A DNA stretch of 64,000 nucleotides from Eledone cirrhosa (taxonomy: Eukaryota), in NCBI GenBank assembly GCA_964016885.1, contig OZ024740.1, forward strand, positions 352,966,001-353,030,000, in the 5' to 3' direction. Shown here one piece after another: positions 41,718 through 55,603 of this stretch. The notes beneath the pieces are model-generated. The model had not been told where the DNA came from. It was given only the letters and a program-made list of their open reading frames with translations, and did not search any database. Each line of letters begins with the position of its first letter. Within the stretch, counting starts at the first letter, position 1. The position numbers and the translations under genes were made by a program.

Positions 41718-42489
41718 ACTGCTTTTTTACTACAATAGTAAAAGAGATTGGTTTCAAGTGAGTACTCAATACAAATTTGTTGAGAATATGTATTTTATTA
41801 ACATTCTTAAACACTCTTAACACTCTTAAAAAGAATATTTGTCTCGTTCCAGTCGGTCACAGGGTTTGTATATTTATCTTTATATTTATTGCAGAGCCAC
41901 GATGGTTTAGGTATACAACTTGGTTGGCCCACACAATTAAAAACACTTCGTAATTATGGTTTTGAATAATAACATTGATATTAATAATATAAATAACATT
42001 AATGCTATTAATATTATTTTAATACCCCGAGGTTATTACTATCATCCTCTCTTTGGACAGACTAATGTCGTCCACATTGCTTTCTTGCAGAGAGAGTAAT
42101 GAATTTTAAGAGAAGTTACGGGAAACGTTTAACCTATATTAATCCTTTCATTTGAAGACTTTATATAGCTTATCTGAGTATATAATGCATTTACGTAAGA
42201 ATAAATTTATTTAGATGTGGTTCTCACGAAATTATCTAATGTATCGAGAATGATGTGAATTTCGTTAATAATTTTGAATTAAAATATCTAGAATAATGGT
42301 TGCCAGGGTTAATAAATAAATGTTGTAGCCCCAGATAGAGTCGTAGGGGCGCCGCATTGACATACAACGTTTCTTGGGCATTTTAAGCCTGGCAGAGCCC
42401 ATCTCTCTCCAGGCCTGAGTACAGCAGATTTCTTCCAGAGAAGACAGAAAGTAAGAGAGAGAGGAAATGAGAAAGAGATATAGAGGAAG

Positions 42490-42650
42490 AATTGACCCCA
42501 GTAATAGACTAGTACTTTTTTTTACCGACCTCGAAAGGATGAAAGGCAAAGTCAATCTAGGCGGGATTTGAGCTCAGGGAAGAGAGTCGGAATGAATACC
42601 ATAAAACATTCTATCCGACCTTCTAAAGCCTCTGCCAATTTGCCGCCTAT
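42490..42650 (-). mobile_element. tRNA-derived SINE (intronic)
   Basis: Reverse complement of the family core, ggatgaaaggcaaagtc...ggcgggatttga. Confidence 0.7.
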
Positions 42651-42694
42651 AGATAAATGTTAATGTTAATAATCGATAATTGAAATATTCTTAC

Positions 42695-42877
42695 TGTCTT
42701 TAATATTTAAAGCATCTAACAATGGTCTGGCTTTCTGAATTTGCGGTTCCAATTCGGGATGTCTGTAAGGTTCAGCTTCAGCAATTGCTTTCTCCAATTT
42801 AGGTTTGTCCTTTTGAATTATTGATGTTTGTATTTGATCACGCAAAGTTCCAACTTGCTCAGGAGATAAGCTGCCTT
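42695..42877 (-). CDS. repeat exon, 183 nt (QGSLSPEQVGTLRDQI...HPELEPQIQKARPLLDALNIKD)
   Basis: tttttag| and |gtaag, phase 1-1, open frame. Confidence 0.88.
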
Positions 42878-44118
42878 CTAAAAAATCAAATGAAATAAAT
42901 TCAGCAAGGAAACTGTTGGAGAGAGAAACATAAACGAATAGTCATCGAAATATATATTTAGATAGATAAATAGTTTGTGATGGAGTGCTAGCAATATTCT
43001 CTATAGAAACCTTTATGTTATAATTTTTGTGTTCTGATCTGGTGTACATGTATATATTTCACAGACACACACTCACACTTATTTGTACTCACGAGACAAC
43101 ATACACACATACATATATACGTACAGATAACTGATGCTAATCTACAATAAAAGTTATTGAACTGTATACACATTTCGATATCTCAACACTTGTCTAAGAT
43201 TCCATTTAGAGGATTCGTGGCTAGAGCCGTTAAGGTGTTAGAAGAAGTACCTCATGGTATTTAGCTTTCTTCCACTTTATTCAAGTCCCTCCAAGTTCAA
43301 CGTTACTTTTCATATTTTGGGATCGATTTAAGCGAACGCTGCATTCCAAATATTTGTGATCCAGTGTCTCTGTTAAACGTATATTTATTCTTAGTGTACC
43401 TAGCGTTATCTACGAGGAAATAAATATTAGAAAGGCAGATGGACTTTTGAGAATTGTTTCGGAAAAGTGGAGAGTTAACCCATTAAGATATAGCACTCTT
43501 GGTCAGAGGCACATTATCACGTTACACGATACGTACTAAACGACATCTTGGCTTATTGTCTTATATCATTTTTACCTTCAGCGCATTTACCACACGCACA
43601 CACACATACACACACACAATCCCACACACAAATACACAAACTCACACACACAAACACACATACATTCCCCCCACCCATATATATATATATATATATATAA
43701 AACTGAAAGTATGTGTATCAACAAAGTTTCATTATTTTGTGAAGTGAATATTAAATATATTTACTAGGAATAGTTAAGTAGAATAGACAACAGTCGACCA
43801 TAGTGGAAGAGAAAATCGCAAAAACAAATATAAGCACATACGGCACCTATATACATATAATTCGACTCAGATAACACATACACACAAACACACACACACG
43901 CATACATATCGACTTATCCCGTCTCTCTTTATATATATATGCATACACACACACACGCACACACATACACATTTATATATGTATATATCTATCTATCTAT
44001 ATATATAGTTGCGTATGTCTATGTGTGTTTGTTTATTTGTGCTTTTGAGCAAAATTATGTGCGTGTGTACAATTACGAAATAAATGATGGAAATAAAGAA
44101 AAAACAAATAATACTGAC

Positions 44119-44292
44119 GTCTGCGGCCACCACCCAAGGAATCAAGAGCATCTCTAGCTTGCTGTATATTTCTGTTTAATTCTGGAGACTTAGCTGCTTC
44201 TGCCTCAGCAATAGCTCGTTCAAGTCCAAGGACATTTCCCTGTTTAATTGCATTGTCCAGTTGATTTCGCAAGACAGATGGAGATCTTGGAG
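44119..44292 (-). CDS. repeat exon, 174 nt (SPSVLRNQLDNAI...SPELNRNIQQARDALDSLGGGRR)
   Basis: tttttag| and |gtcagt, phase 1-1. Confidence 0.92.
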
Positions 44293-45138
44293 CTAAAAAA
44301 AAACGTAAATATTTGATTAGAAAAATTCTAATTTCATAGTATCATAAAAATGAATCTTCCTAAGTGTTTTTATAAAACCCAGGAAACATGAAGTTTTCAT
44401 TCACATACACGTAACTGAAACCAGCAAATATTATTATTTGTCTATTCACGGATGGCATGTATTATATTAGTTATGATATACATTGCAGTATATTTAAATT
44501 TAATTAAAAAGTGTATTTTCGTGTCTGGGTTAATTTTCTGAATTCATGTGCAGAATAGACCACAAGAATGGCTTTCTTAATCTAACTATTAACAAATGGA
44601 AACTTATGGCGTTATTACAGCATTTAATATGATGTTTGTTTTGGAGAGGAGAAAAAGCATGCTATAAGGGTTAATGTTGTCTACTATATTTTTTTCTGAA
44701 AAGTGTATGGCCCTGAACTCATGTTAGAATGAATTATTAATGTAGCTGCTTTATAATTATGAATTTAAATTTAAATGAAAATAATATTTTTGTATTAGTT
44801 TAGGGTGAAACCAGCATAAAAGAACACGACATGGATGGTTTCCTGTCCCGTTTTTTCCTTTCCTTGTTGTAACACGCGGAATATATTTAATCTCTCATTC
44901 AAATGGTTTTGTCCATTTACCTGTAAATACATATCATGGTGCAGGCAGGGATGATGACTCTCTAATACAGACAACAAGAGTTTTATTATTTTGCACTACT
45001 AGTAGTTTAAGCAACCCTTTTTGCCATGAATTCATCAAAGCAGGGGTAAAAAAAAAAAATCTAGCTGGTACTGTACCAAGCCAGGATTACTTGTCGTTTT
45101 ATTGTCTTTTAAATAAAACATTTGAGAGAGATACTAAC

Positions 45139-45312
45139 TTCTACGTCCACCTCCGATACCATCTACAACATCTCTCGCTTGTTGGACATCTCCTACAAGT
45201 TCTGGATGTCCAGCGGCAACACATTCATTGATTGCTTTTTCAATAGCATAAGGGTCCTTCTGTCTTGTGGCAGACTTAAGTTTGTTCCGCAAAATCTCTG
45301 GAGATGTTGAAC
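45139..45312 (-). CDS. repeat exon, 174 nt (GSTSPEILRNKL...HPELVGDVQQARDVVDGIGGGRR)
   Basis: attcag| and |gttagt, phase 1-1. Confidence 0.9.
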
Positions 45313-45371
45313 CTGAATAATAATAATGATAATAATTATAATGATGATGATGATGATAATGATGATGATAT

Positions 45372-45558
45372 TAATTGTTTCTACTTTTGGCACAAGGCCA
45401 GCAATTATCAGTGTATTACTGGTACTTTATTTTATCGACCCTGTAAGGATGAAAGGCAAAGCTAACCTCGGCGGGATTTGAATTCAGACTGGAAAGAGCC
45501 ATAACTCTATGCTGCAAAGTATGGTGTCCGACACTCTACTCATACTGCCAATCCACCA
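45372..45558 (-). mobile_element. tRNA-derived SINE ending about 60 nt upstream of an exon acceptor
   Basis: Reverse complement of the SINE family with an (ATT/ATC)n tail running into the acceptor. Confidence 0.85.
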
Positions 45559-46375
45559 TAATAATAATAAATAAATAAAGACATAAATAAAATAAGCTGT
45601 TGGATTCAGTCAAATTTACCAATTATAATAGCTTCGTATGTAATTGGAATGATATTGATAAAGTAGTAGTGAAATAGCCGCATGTAGAAATTGAAACTGT
45701 CATGGACGAGAAACACCGGAAGCTTACATATTATTTTATATTTTTTTACAATAGCCAATTATAAAATCGATTTCTTTTACAGCATTATATCCAATCTAAA
45801 TGTAGTAAATTGGGCCCATATAATTATGGGAACATATGTCCTCTAATATATATGAGGGGGAAAATTTGGTGTTGTGATTTTCATGCATTTCCCAAAAGTA
45901 TCCGCGATGAGAGATATATTGTTTTCAACTACCAAGTGAAATTAATGAATGATCTTAGTCTCTCGAGAGCTTAATCCTTGTTTAATGGTGATTGCTCATA
46001 AAGATTAGAGTATCGATTTCTCGGATATGTATATTAAAACTGATGTTTTTTTTATCTTAAATAAGGATTGCTGTAAAGAAAAATCGAACGGCTCAAAACT
46101 TCCAACTGGTAAGCAAAAGGAAATTATTATATATACCATATCTGTCACCAACCACTAATTTTAATTTTCGTTTCTAATCCTAATTCATGGTGACACACAT
46201 TTTACACGGCGGAAAACGTCGATTAAATCGTTGCAATTCGAGGGAAGTTTATTTCATCGACTCCAGAATTAGGCAATGCAATAACATTCATTAACCTTCA
46301 AAAGATTTATAGAAGTCTTTTCGTTTTATAAGACAATATCGTTACTAAAAACCTATTATATTTCATGGGACTTAC

Positions 46376-46549
46376 CACCGCGGCCACCGCCTAGGTTTTC
46401 AAGCGCATCCCTGGCTTCACGGAGGTCAAATGATAACTCGGGATAAGCTGCAGCTTCACATTCCTTGATAGCTTGTTGGAGAGCAGGTTTGCTTTTCTTG
46501 GCAATTGCATTTTGGAGCTTTTGTTTCAAAGATTCAGAAGATGGTGTAG
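46376..46549 (-). CDS. repeat exon, 174 nt (ATPSSESLKQKL...YPELSFDLREARDALENLGGGRG)
   Basis: aaatag| and |gtaagt, phase 1-1. Confidence 0.92.
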
Positions 46550-46949
46550 CTATTTGAGGAAAACATTGTTATATTAAATATTTACAAAGGGTAGATAGAA
46601 GATGAACAGATACCATCATATATACATACTAGCATACGCACATACATATGCACATCACACACACAGATCTCATAAGAAGAAAAAGCCATTAATGATATTA
46701 ATTCAATCATTATCTTTGTAATATGACTAGAATAATGCAATATCCCAAATCTGTATACATAATAATTTCTCACATTCGGTATAACGGTCAAGAACTCAAC
46801 CCGTTATATGCTTAATTCTTAATTTATCACTTTTGAAAATAAGAACAGTTGGGTAAATAATTGGAAATGTAAAGAAACGAAACTAAATACAATGAGACGA
46901 TCTACCGTTTCTCTCCAAATTCCTTAACATTAAAAAAAAAACATCTTAC

Positions 46950-47123
46950 CTCCTCTACCTCCTCCCAGAATGTCCAATTTGTCACGTGCTTTCTGTATGT
47001 CAGATGCCAATTCTGGAAATCCGGCTGCAGTTGCTTCTTTGATAGCCTGAGCCAATGTTGGTTCATCTCCTTTTTTCATAGCAGTTAGTAATTCCTCGCG
47101 GATCGATTCAGGTGTCTTTATAC
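46950..47123 (-). CDS. repeat exon, 174 nt (GIKTPESIREEL...FPELASDIQKARDKLDILGGGRG)
   Basis: Weak caaaag| acceptor and |gtaaga donor. The length matches the other repeat exons. Confidence 0.9.
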
Positions 47124-47379
47124 CTTTTGTTGACCAAATAAGTTTATATATATGACGTTTATGATAGAATAAAAATTTCATGAATATTTGTTTATTTTAG
47201 CAAGTTTAAATGGCAAAATTATAACTGAGAATGTTTTCAATTGAATATTACATTTGTAATTTATTTCAGCAAATGGGATAAATATATAAGACAAAAAAGA
47301 ATTATTTCTATTAAGCCCTGAAATAAAAACAAATTATATCTTAGTCTTGAACGTCCTGACATAGTCTTGAACGCCACAG

Positions 47380-47509
<130 letters not shown>

Positions 47510-47993
47510 CGATACATATATATAATAAACTGAAAGTGAGATAATGTAAAAAATTTAATAAATAGGCGTGCGTTTAATTATAAATGTGAAAAGAAACAAA
47601 ATCATGTAAATATATAAAATGTTTTGGTAAAACAAAGACACAACTTTCAAAATTATATATGAAATTATTATTCATTGAAAACATGTTTTGGTCCCTGCAA
47701 TAAAACTGTTAAGAATGAAAACTTATGCTAACTCAGAGATGGAAAAATATATACCTGTATTGTAATAGATCAAATGATAAAATGAGTATCAAAGTGTGAT
47801 TTTTCATAGCAAACCTACTAAATAAGTTCTCAGATATTATTGACTATAGTTGTTTAGCTTTAATAAAACTAACATTTTTCATACAAACAATGTGGATGAA
47901 TATGCATACTTACATGTGTACATGCATAAACACCCACAAATGTGACGCAACTTCCAGGTCACTATCTATAAAACTCTCTCTCTCTCTTTCTCT

Positions 47994-48041
<48 letters not shown>

Positions 48042-48113
48042 ACTATCCAGCGAACCTTCAACCGTGAAGGTTGTTTTTCTACGGGTATGTCAACATTTAT
48101 AAAACAAATTTTG

Positions 48114-48178
48114 TATTTTATCTGATGAAAGCGCACCAAAACTGCCTTGGTTGCCCTTGAAATATATATAATAAAATA
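48114..48178 (+). ncRNA. type-I hammerhead ribozyme motif (intronic, antisense to the host gene)
   Basis: tattttat-CTGATGA-aagcgcaccaa..ttggttgccctt-GAAA-tatata-TA-ataaaata, with an 8-bp stem I. Confidence 0.72.
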
Positions 48179-48308
48179 ATTATGGTTTTATAAATATAGT
48201 TTCCATTTATTAATATATTGAATATTTACTCCAGTAAACTGTTGAGTGCTTTATATCAGTTATAAAACTTTTACGCTTGTTGAATCCCAACACATTAAAT
48301 ATAACTTC

Positions 48309-48358
<50 letters not shown>

Positions 48359-49344
48359 ATAGTGTGTCAATTCACATTCAATTATAAGTCACTTAAGTAC
48401 AGATTTGTTGTTTTTCAAAACTGCTGTTTTCAAATAATGTTTTCAATATTCCAGACTTTTGGAAATAGACATTGGAAGTAAGCCCATCTCACCTTTATAT
48501 AACTATAACAATGCAGTTGACAATGGTAGCGTTTCATTTTCTGTTCTGAAGCAATATGTTAGCCAATAGTGCAGTTATCAAAATGTTTGCTGAAATATTT
48601 AACTCTATGGCAACAAATGGATATATTCCTATGATGAATATTTAAATAGAACCTTGTCAGATTGTGTTTGTTTTACCTATGTTGACTGATCAGTCATTTT
48701 AAGAAAACAAAATTACCATGACGGTATACACAATGAAGGAAATAGCTTAATATATTAAATAGTTTTTGTAACCTGAACATTCTAGCATCGGTCGACTAGC
48801 TCGATTAATTTGAATATCCTTGTCCCTACCTCGTCTTTTATCTAACACCCGTAGAGTTTACTTGTTTATTTTAAGATATTATTGCTAAATAGATTAAATA
48901 TATTAAATTACTTATTGTAAGATATCTCGTTAAATAAAAGCAGCTAGTAGAATTTTAACGAAGCGTTTATAAAAATAATCTCATAATATTGGCTTGAAAC
49001 GGTGAATGTCCGTAGAGCATTAATATCAGTGATTCATTGAGAAATCTAGTATCAATAGACATCTCAATGCTTCTTTCTGACACACTCCAGTGGTTTAGTT
49101 TCTAACAACTTCAAATATGTCTCGCCAGGAAAACGTTTTTTTCCTTTTCCAGCATCCATAACAATGCATAACTAAACAGTGCCATACAGTTTATCCATCA
49201 TTCTTCTTCCAATTCCATTCTCTAGTAGCCACATAATCAAAATGAACGTATATTATAGTAAAATGACTTTTAGAAGAAATCAATGAATTTGATGAGTTGA
49301 ATGAAAAAAATCTGATACGTGTACGAGAGATCAAATCAACAAAC

Positions 49345-49518
49345 CTCCACAGCCACCACCCATTTGTTTAAGAGCATCGCGCGCAGAACGCAGGTCATGA
49401 GCCAACTCAGGATATCCGATATATTCGCACTCGACAATGGATTGTTCAAGAGCAGTTCTATTATTGGTTCTGATGCTGGACAACAATTCATTTTGGATTA
49501 CTTGGGGAGATTTCTGCC
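49345..49518 (-). CDS. repeat exon, 174 nt (GQKSPQVIQNEL...YPELAHDLRSARDALKQMGGGCG)
   Basis: tttctcag| and |gtttgt, phase 1-1. Confidence 0.9.
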
Positions 49519-49820
49519 CTGAGAAACGTAGTTAAAATAGATTTAATGTTATCGAATTATCAGAATTACTCATTCCTAAGTAACTGGAACCTTGAACAGT
49601 AAGTAACATATAGGAATCTACACTCAAGATATGCTAGACACAACATAAAATGCAAATATATACAAGCACACATTACATATATATATATATATATACACTA
49701 GCATCCACACACATATACATATATGACTGAATACAGGCGTGTTTTTTCTAAAAAAATGTTTTCCGTTCCTTCCTTTTCCCACTCTTTATCTTTCTATTTC
49801 ATCTTTCATTTCGCATTCAA

Positions 49821-49860
49821 TCTTTCTGATGAAGGACTAGTGTCCGAAACGTTAAGACTC
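49821..49860 (+). ncRNA. hammerhead core motif with weak stem I
   Basis: CTGATGA-aggac tagt gtcc-GAAA-CGTTA. A deleted related copy lies on the minus strand near 28078-28100. Confidence 0.5.
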
Positions 49861-50071
49861 TGTTTTTACTATATTAAGTTTGTTGTTGAACTACATATTA
49901 ATAGAGTCATGTCCGGTACGTATTTCTGGTACGTAATAGGTGATATACACCAAGAAGCAAAACGCCTTATTCTGTATAGTATAAGTTTTGCGTTATTACT
50001 GTGTCTATCAACTCTACCATCATTTCCAGTGTTAAAATATCTAAAAGAAAAGTTTTTACCAAATTGCTAAC

Positions 50072-50269
50072 CTCCACAAGGTCCGCCTAGTTGTTGTAAA
50101 TGAATTTGAGTGTGAAATATCCCATAAGATACTTCTGGATATGTTGAGGTGTCACTTTCTCGAATAAATTTCAGTAGACTGGGCTTCTTTACTGATTCTG
50201 GTTGTGTTAGATGATGTAAAGTCTCCAATTCCTTATTATGGTAGTCAGAATCGAAACTTGATGACTGTT
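50072..50269 (-). CDS. diverged repeat exon, 198 nt (...YPEVSYGIFHTQIHLQQLGGPCG)
   Basis: atatag| and |gttagc, open, phase 1-1. Confidence 0.75.
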
Positions 50270-50834
50270 CTATATTATTTAAGATGAAAATTGAATGAAA
50301 AATTAATAGACGTTCTTCAATTGATTCTTACTATTATAAAATGATTACTTTAAAGCAAAAGTAGCAATATTTAAAGTAAACTTTCACATTTACTTTAAAA
50401 CCAATAGCACAGTTCAAATCTTTGCGAGTACTTCAATATTTGTTTTCTGCAAGTATTCATTCCATTTTCTTAGAAATGTTATAATACATTGGTTTCAGTC
50501 GAGAATGGAATACGTTTAACAGATTTAACTCGCTTACCTGTTACTTTGGACAGAAACTAAGCTTAAACATATTTTTATAGAATGGACATATCATGTATAA
50601 TAAAGTGCTTTCATTCGTTCTTTGAATAGAAGTCAAATACTTTCACCAGTAAATAATTAAGAGCGTTTGGTCTTTAACACCCTTTATATATCTTTTTACT
50701 TGCAATTATAATATTCTTTGGGTATCATGTAAACAGTAATTAATTCAATGTAGTACTAAAATTGCCACGAAGAAAAATATAATTATATATGTAAATTGAA
50801 TGTTTAAAAAAAATGAAAATATAACTTTTTGAAC

Positions 50835-50984
50835 CTTTCAATATGGGATCACTTATATATGAAATTGTCTCATTAATCATATAAGAATCAGTATCAGTTG
50901 GAGTTTCGGTATATTCTGATGGATGAGAAGAAATGGGACTGTTATCTTGTCTGCTCACTGAATCAAAACCGTAACGGGAACTGT
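50835..50984 (-). CDS. S/T/D/P-rich linker exon, 150 nt (DSSRYGFDSV...SDPILK)
   Basis: ttttcag| and a weak |gttcaa donor, open, phase 1-1. Paralogous to 55604-55738. Confidence 0.6.
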
Positions 50985-52267
50985 CTGAAAATACCACCCC
51001 TACCAATCAAATAAGCATTTTTAGTATTATGTTTAACATTTAATAAGAATAAAATTACTATGAAGAAGCAAGCGTTGACTGGATACAAATAGCCCTATGA
51101 TACATTTTGTAATGGTATTTGCACTAAATATGATGTATTATGAATACTATGAATTAGTTATCTGCTATGCTTTTCAACTTACATTACATTTTGATTATCG
51201 ATTTGAGATAGTTAAGAGAAAGGTATAAGAGAGAAATATGTTATACAAGTGGACTTGTTTCTCCTCTTTTCTTTCAAGTTAGTATTTAAAATGTTTAAAA
51301 AGCAATTCTGCTTTAACATTATAACACGCAGTCACACCATTTTTATAGCTATATAAATACACAAATCTACTTATTGATGCAATACGAGTTAAATATTTAA
51401 ATTTAAATACGTATATATATGCATTGGTGTATTCAATTTTGTGGATACCTTGGACGACATAGCGGGGTCAAAATGTTTTCCTGAACATAATGTGGTACAT
51501 ATATTATCTACATACAAGTGATCTTTTATAAGCTATTGTCTGTAAGCAGCACTATATCAAGACTTCATGTTAAAGTGGGCTCTCATGAAATTAAACTGAA
51601 TACAGCTGCATTTAACCCAGAGCATTTACACTTCATTTTCTTGTTATTGATTGTAATACTAGATGCAGCAAAGCATATCAAACTATACACGAACTTAAGT
51701 GTTTTAAGGATTAAGCTAACGCATGCAGTCTCAACTAGTCAAAGTTGTTTATAATATACGAAAACCCGATGAAATAATTCTATTCCGTATCACAATAATC
51801 ATCGTTTTAAGCAATCTAGTGAAAAAATTTTTTTAAATGAATATATTTAAGAGTGAAGATTACAAATGAAAAATGTTACGTCGAAGAAACATTTATGTTT
51901 TGGAAGCATTTGTAATTTCAATTACTATTATTTCACTGTTTGCATGCATAATTTCCTACAACCTACATGAATGCTTAAAATTGTACAAAAAAACCACTGA
52001 TGAATTATTGCAGTAACAAATGAAAGAAAATGTCAAGAACTTTTACAATAACCCCCCCCCCCCCCCTCCCCTCAAAAGAAACAAAAAAAAAACAGAACAA
52101 AACAAAAAAAACAAACAAACAATAAAAAAAAACAAAAAAACAAAAAAAAAAACACTTATGGTAAAATAGAATGTGTTTCAGGTTCAAGACATAGTTCACA
52201 GTATAGTTCCAATATCTAATAAAGAGCTAAGCTTAGGAAAACATACGTATGGTCATATATATATATA

Positions 52268-52320
<53 letters not shown>

Positions 52321-52343
52321 ATGTATATATACATATGTATATG

Positions 52344-52374
<31 letters not shown>

Positions 52375-52392
52375 GTATATATGTATATATAA

Positions 52393-52421
<29 letters not shown>

Positions 52422-52428
<7 letters not shown>

Positions 52429-53095
52429 ACTAGAAATAAATTGACACATATATATATAAAACACATGAAACAATCTCAGGGAATAATTTGTAAAGTGTGT
52501 AAGCACACATAGCTAGGTAGGTAACTAATTAAAGTTTAACTAGAACTTCAAATATAGATACCTTTTAAAATGATTAATCTCCTTTGTATATATTTCTTTA
52601 AAAAATATATTTCACCAATTAACCAGTAAATCACAGCGGTCAAATCCCGGATGGTCACTTGATTGGCCCCCTGATTGTAGAGCTAATTCAGTTGAAATGA
52701 CTCGGCTGCTATTTCTAGCTGTCGATAATCCTATTCACGCCACTGGGATGACGCGGTGTGGTGTCTGTATTTTTTATAAAATGCAACACGTGGTTTCAGT
52801 CATTCACAGATTTGCATTTGATGTGTAAACGCAGATGGTTGGATCTTCTTCTTTGGTGACCATCCGGGATTTGTCCACTGTGATTTAATGGTTAATTGGT
52901 GAAATATATTTTTTAAAGAAATATATACAAAGGAGATTAATCATTTTAAAAGGTATCTATATTTGAAGTTCTAGTTAAACTTTAATTAGTTACCTACCTA
53001 GCTATGTGTGCTTACACACTTTACAAATTATTCCCTGAGATTGTTTCATGTGTTTATTTTATATATATATGTGTCAATCTATTTCTAATTGATAT
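52422..53095. repeat. long intronic inverted repeat (about 235-bp arms, about 200-bp spacer)
   Basis: 52422-52658 is nearly the perfect reverse complement of 52856-53095. Confidence 0.92.
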
Positions 53096-53338
53096 AAAAT
53101 GCTCGGATCTATTCATTGGAATCTTAGAGCTTATTCTGCAGTGAATATGGCAAATGTCTCTCAGACATGACAACCTTAATTTAATTTTGGATATAATATA
53201 TATACGGTTGCGATGATGATATATCGATACACGGACAACCGTTTTAAATAAGCAAACGCAAAAATAATAGTTGTATGAAACAACAGATTTTGATAAAAGC
53301 AGTGAAGCTGAAGCAATTTCGTCTCTGATTTGACCCAC

Positions 53339-53509
53339 CTCTACGGTTACCTTCCAGAGAAGCACGATTGTCTCGAGCATCATCTATCTCAGACATCTCC
53401 TGATGCCTAACACGTATACATTCATTGATTGTTGTTTCAAGTGGTTCTGGATTATTTTCCATCTGAGCAGTCTCAAGATTCGCGCGCAAAGAGTTAGTCG
53501 ATGTAATAC
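53339..53509 (-). CDS. repeat exon, 171 nt (GITSTNSLRANLETAQ...ARDNRASLEGNRR)
   Basis: attattag| and |gtgggt, phase 1-1. Confidence 0.85.
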
Positions 53510-53626
53510 CTAATAATTACATATATTTTTAAATTATTTTTTGAGAGACTGAAAAAGAAGTAATGTTAGTGATAAACTAATGCTTTTAATTTAAAAAGCA
53601 CTAGTATGTATAAAGTTGGTATTATA

Positions 53627-53762
53627 CAGATAAAATTCCGTTATAACGAATACCATTATACCGAATTGTTCAGTATAACGAAATTTCTTTCAATCCCGGC
53701 AACGCTCGATGTGTTAGAATACTTTTTTACCCCGTGAATTTCGTTATAACGGATTTTCACTC
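53627..53762. mobile_element. Tc1/pogo (Tigger)-like MITE
   Basis: TA-CAGATAAAATTCCGTTATAACGAA ... TTCGTTATAACGGATTTTCACTC-TA, imperfect TIRs with TA flanks. Confidence 0.65.
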
Positions 53763-53883
53763 TATACATTATGTGTGTAATGTTTCTACGGGATATTCAC
53801 ATAATATTGGCAAAAATTGCAGAATACAAGTAATTTGATAAAAGCAATCAAGCTGAAGCAATTGTGTCTCTGAATAAACCCAC

Positions 53884-54054
53884 CTCCACGGTTACCATCC
53901 AGAGAAGCAAGATTGTCTTTAGCCTGTTGCATCTCATAAACATCAGAATGTCCACCTCCCACGCGCTCATTCATTGATGTATCAATAACTTCTGGGTTAC
54001 TTTCTTTTTGATCGAATTCATCTCTCGCGCGCATCGTATTCATAGATGTAACAC
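53884..54054 (-). CDS. repeat exon, 171 nt (GVTSMNTMRAR...AKDNLASLDGNRG)
   Basis: ttgccag| and |gtgggt. A paralog of 53339-53509, including the intron flank. Confidence 0.82.
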
Positions 54055-54809
54055 CTGGCAATCACATATATTAACAATAATTTATCTCATTTTATTACAA
54101 TTGTCATACTTAATTTATTTAACAGGTTATTTCATGTTTTGTTTATTATTAATTTTATAAAATAAGTACCAGATAAAATAAGTTTTGATCGACTAAGTCC
54201 CAATAAAAAAATATAAGAATATCTTAAAGTTACATCACTGCACAGGAATCTGTAAAGGTATTTTTATAGAATAAGTACAGTAAGTATTGGTTTTCTTTTT
54301 TAACAGACTGAGGGCTTCAAAAGTAGCCCGAGCGTCGCGTAAATGACGTGTATTTTCTTATCTTGTAGTTCTAATTCTAATTCTATTCGTAGATAGATTG
54401 TAGAAGCATCTCTCTACAGTCAAAATGTCTACTGGGCTACGAGAATAGATAGCAATTGTATTTGTAAAAGTAGTTTTAAATATATATGTATTTATCTTAG
54501 ATAAATATTAATTTTAGATAAGTAGTGACATGCGATAATTATTTATATGATAAAGTAATTAACTTAATGAATGTGCAGATTGTTATGTAACCGTAATTGA
54601 AATAGCATAATTATTTGGCTATTACTCTAGAACTGAAGAAAGATGAAATATGTTTGTAGTAAAATTGGAATTATATAGATACATAGACCACATATGAAAG
54701 GTATTTTAAAATAAATAGTAAATAGTATTTATGTTTCTTTAACTTTATGTATCTGTATTTACACTTCATTTTGATAGATATATACATATAGATATATTAT
54801 AACACATAC

Positions 54810-54847
<38 letters not shown>

Positions 54848-54880
54848 GTATGTGTTAGAATATATCTATATGTATATATC

Positions 54881-54924
<44 letters not shown>

Positions 54925-54929
54925 GATAT

Positions 54930-54982
<53 letters not shown>

Positions 54983-54984
54983 AT

Positions 54985-55069
<85 letters not shown>

Positions 55070-55071
<2 letters not shown>

Positions 55072-55280
55072 AAGGCGTGTGACTGAGTGGTTAGAGAATT
55101 GGATTCACAATCGTGAGGTGGTGTGTTCGATTTCCGGACCGGGTGATGCGTTATGTCCTTGGGCAAGACACTTTATTTCACGTTGCTCCTTCTACCTGGA
55201 GTTGCGACCGATAGAGAGTATTAGCAAGTGGAAAGACCAATGGAAACATTGTTTCCTCGGTCCGATTTGACGAAAAGTCG
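55070..55280 (+). mobile_element. tRNA-derived SINE of the second family
   Basis: gtgactgagtggttagag..gttcgatttcc..ccttgggcaagacactt. Related copy at about 59190-59330. Confidence 0.65.
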
Positions 55281-55414
55281 ATCGACTGTCTGTATATATA
55301 TAATTTACATATGCATATATATATATTTATATATGCATCCACACACACACACACACACATACACACACACACACACACACACATACACACATATATATAT
55401 ATATACACACACAC

Positions 55415-55503
<89 letters not shown>

Positions 55504-55603
55504 CGCGCGTGTTTTACTAAACAACTATTTTTCCTAATGATGCTATTTCAAACTTTGTTTAAAAAAATGAAATTACATGCATTAAAAAGAAAATGAAATG
55601 AAC

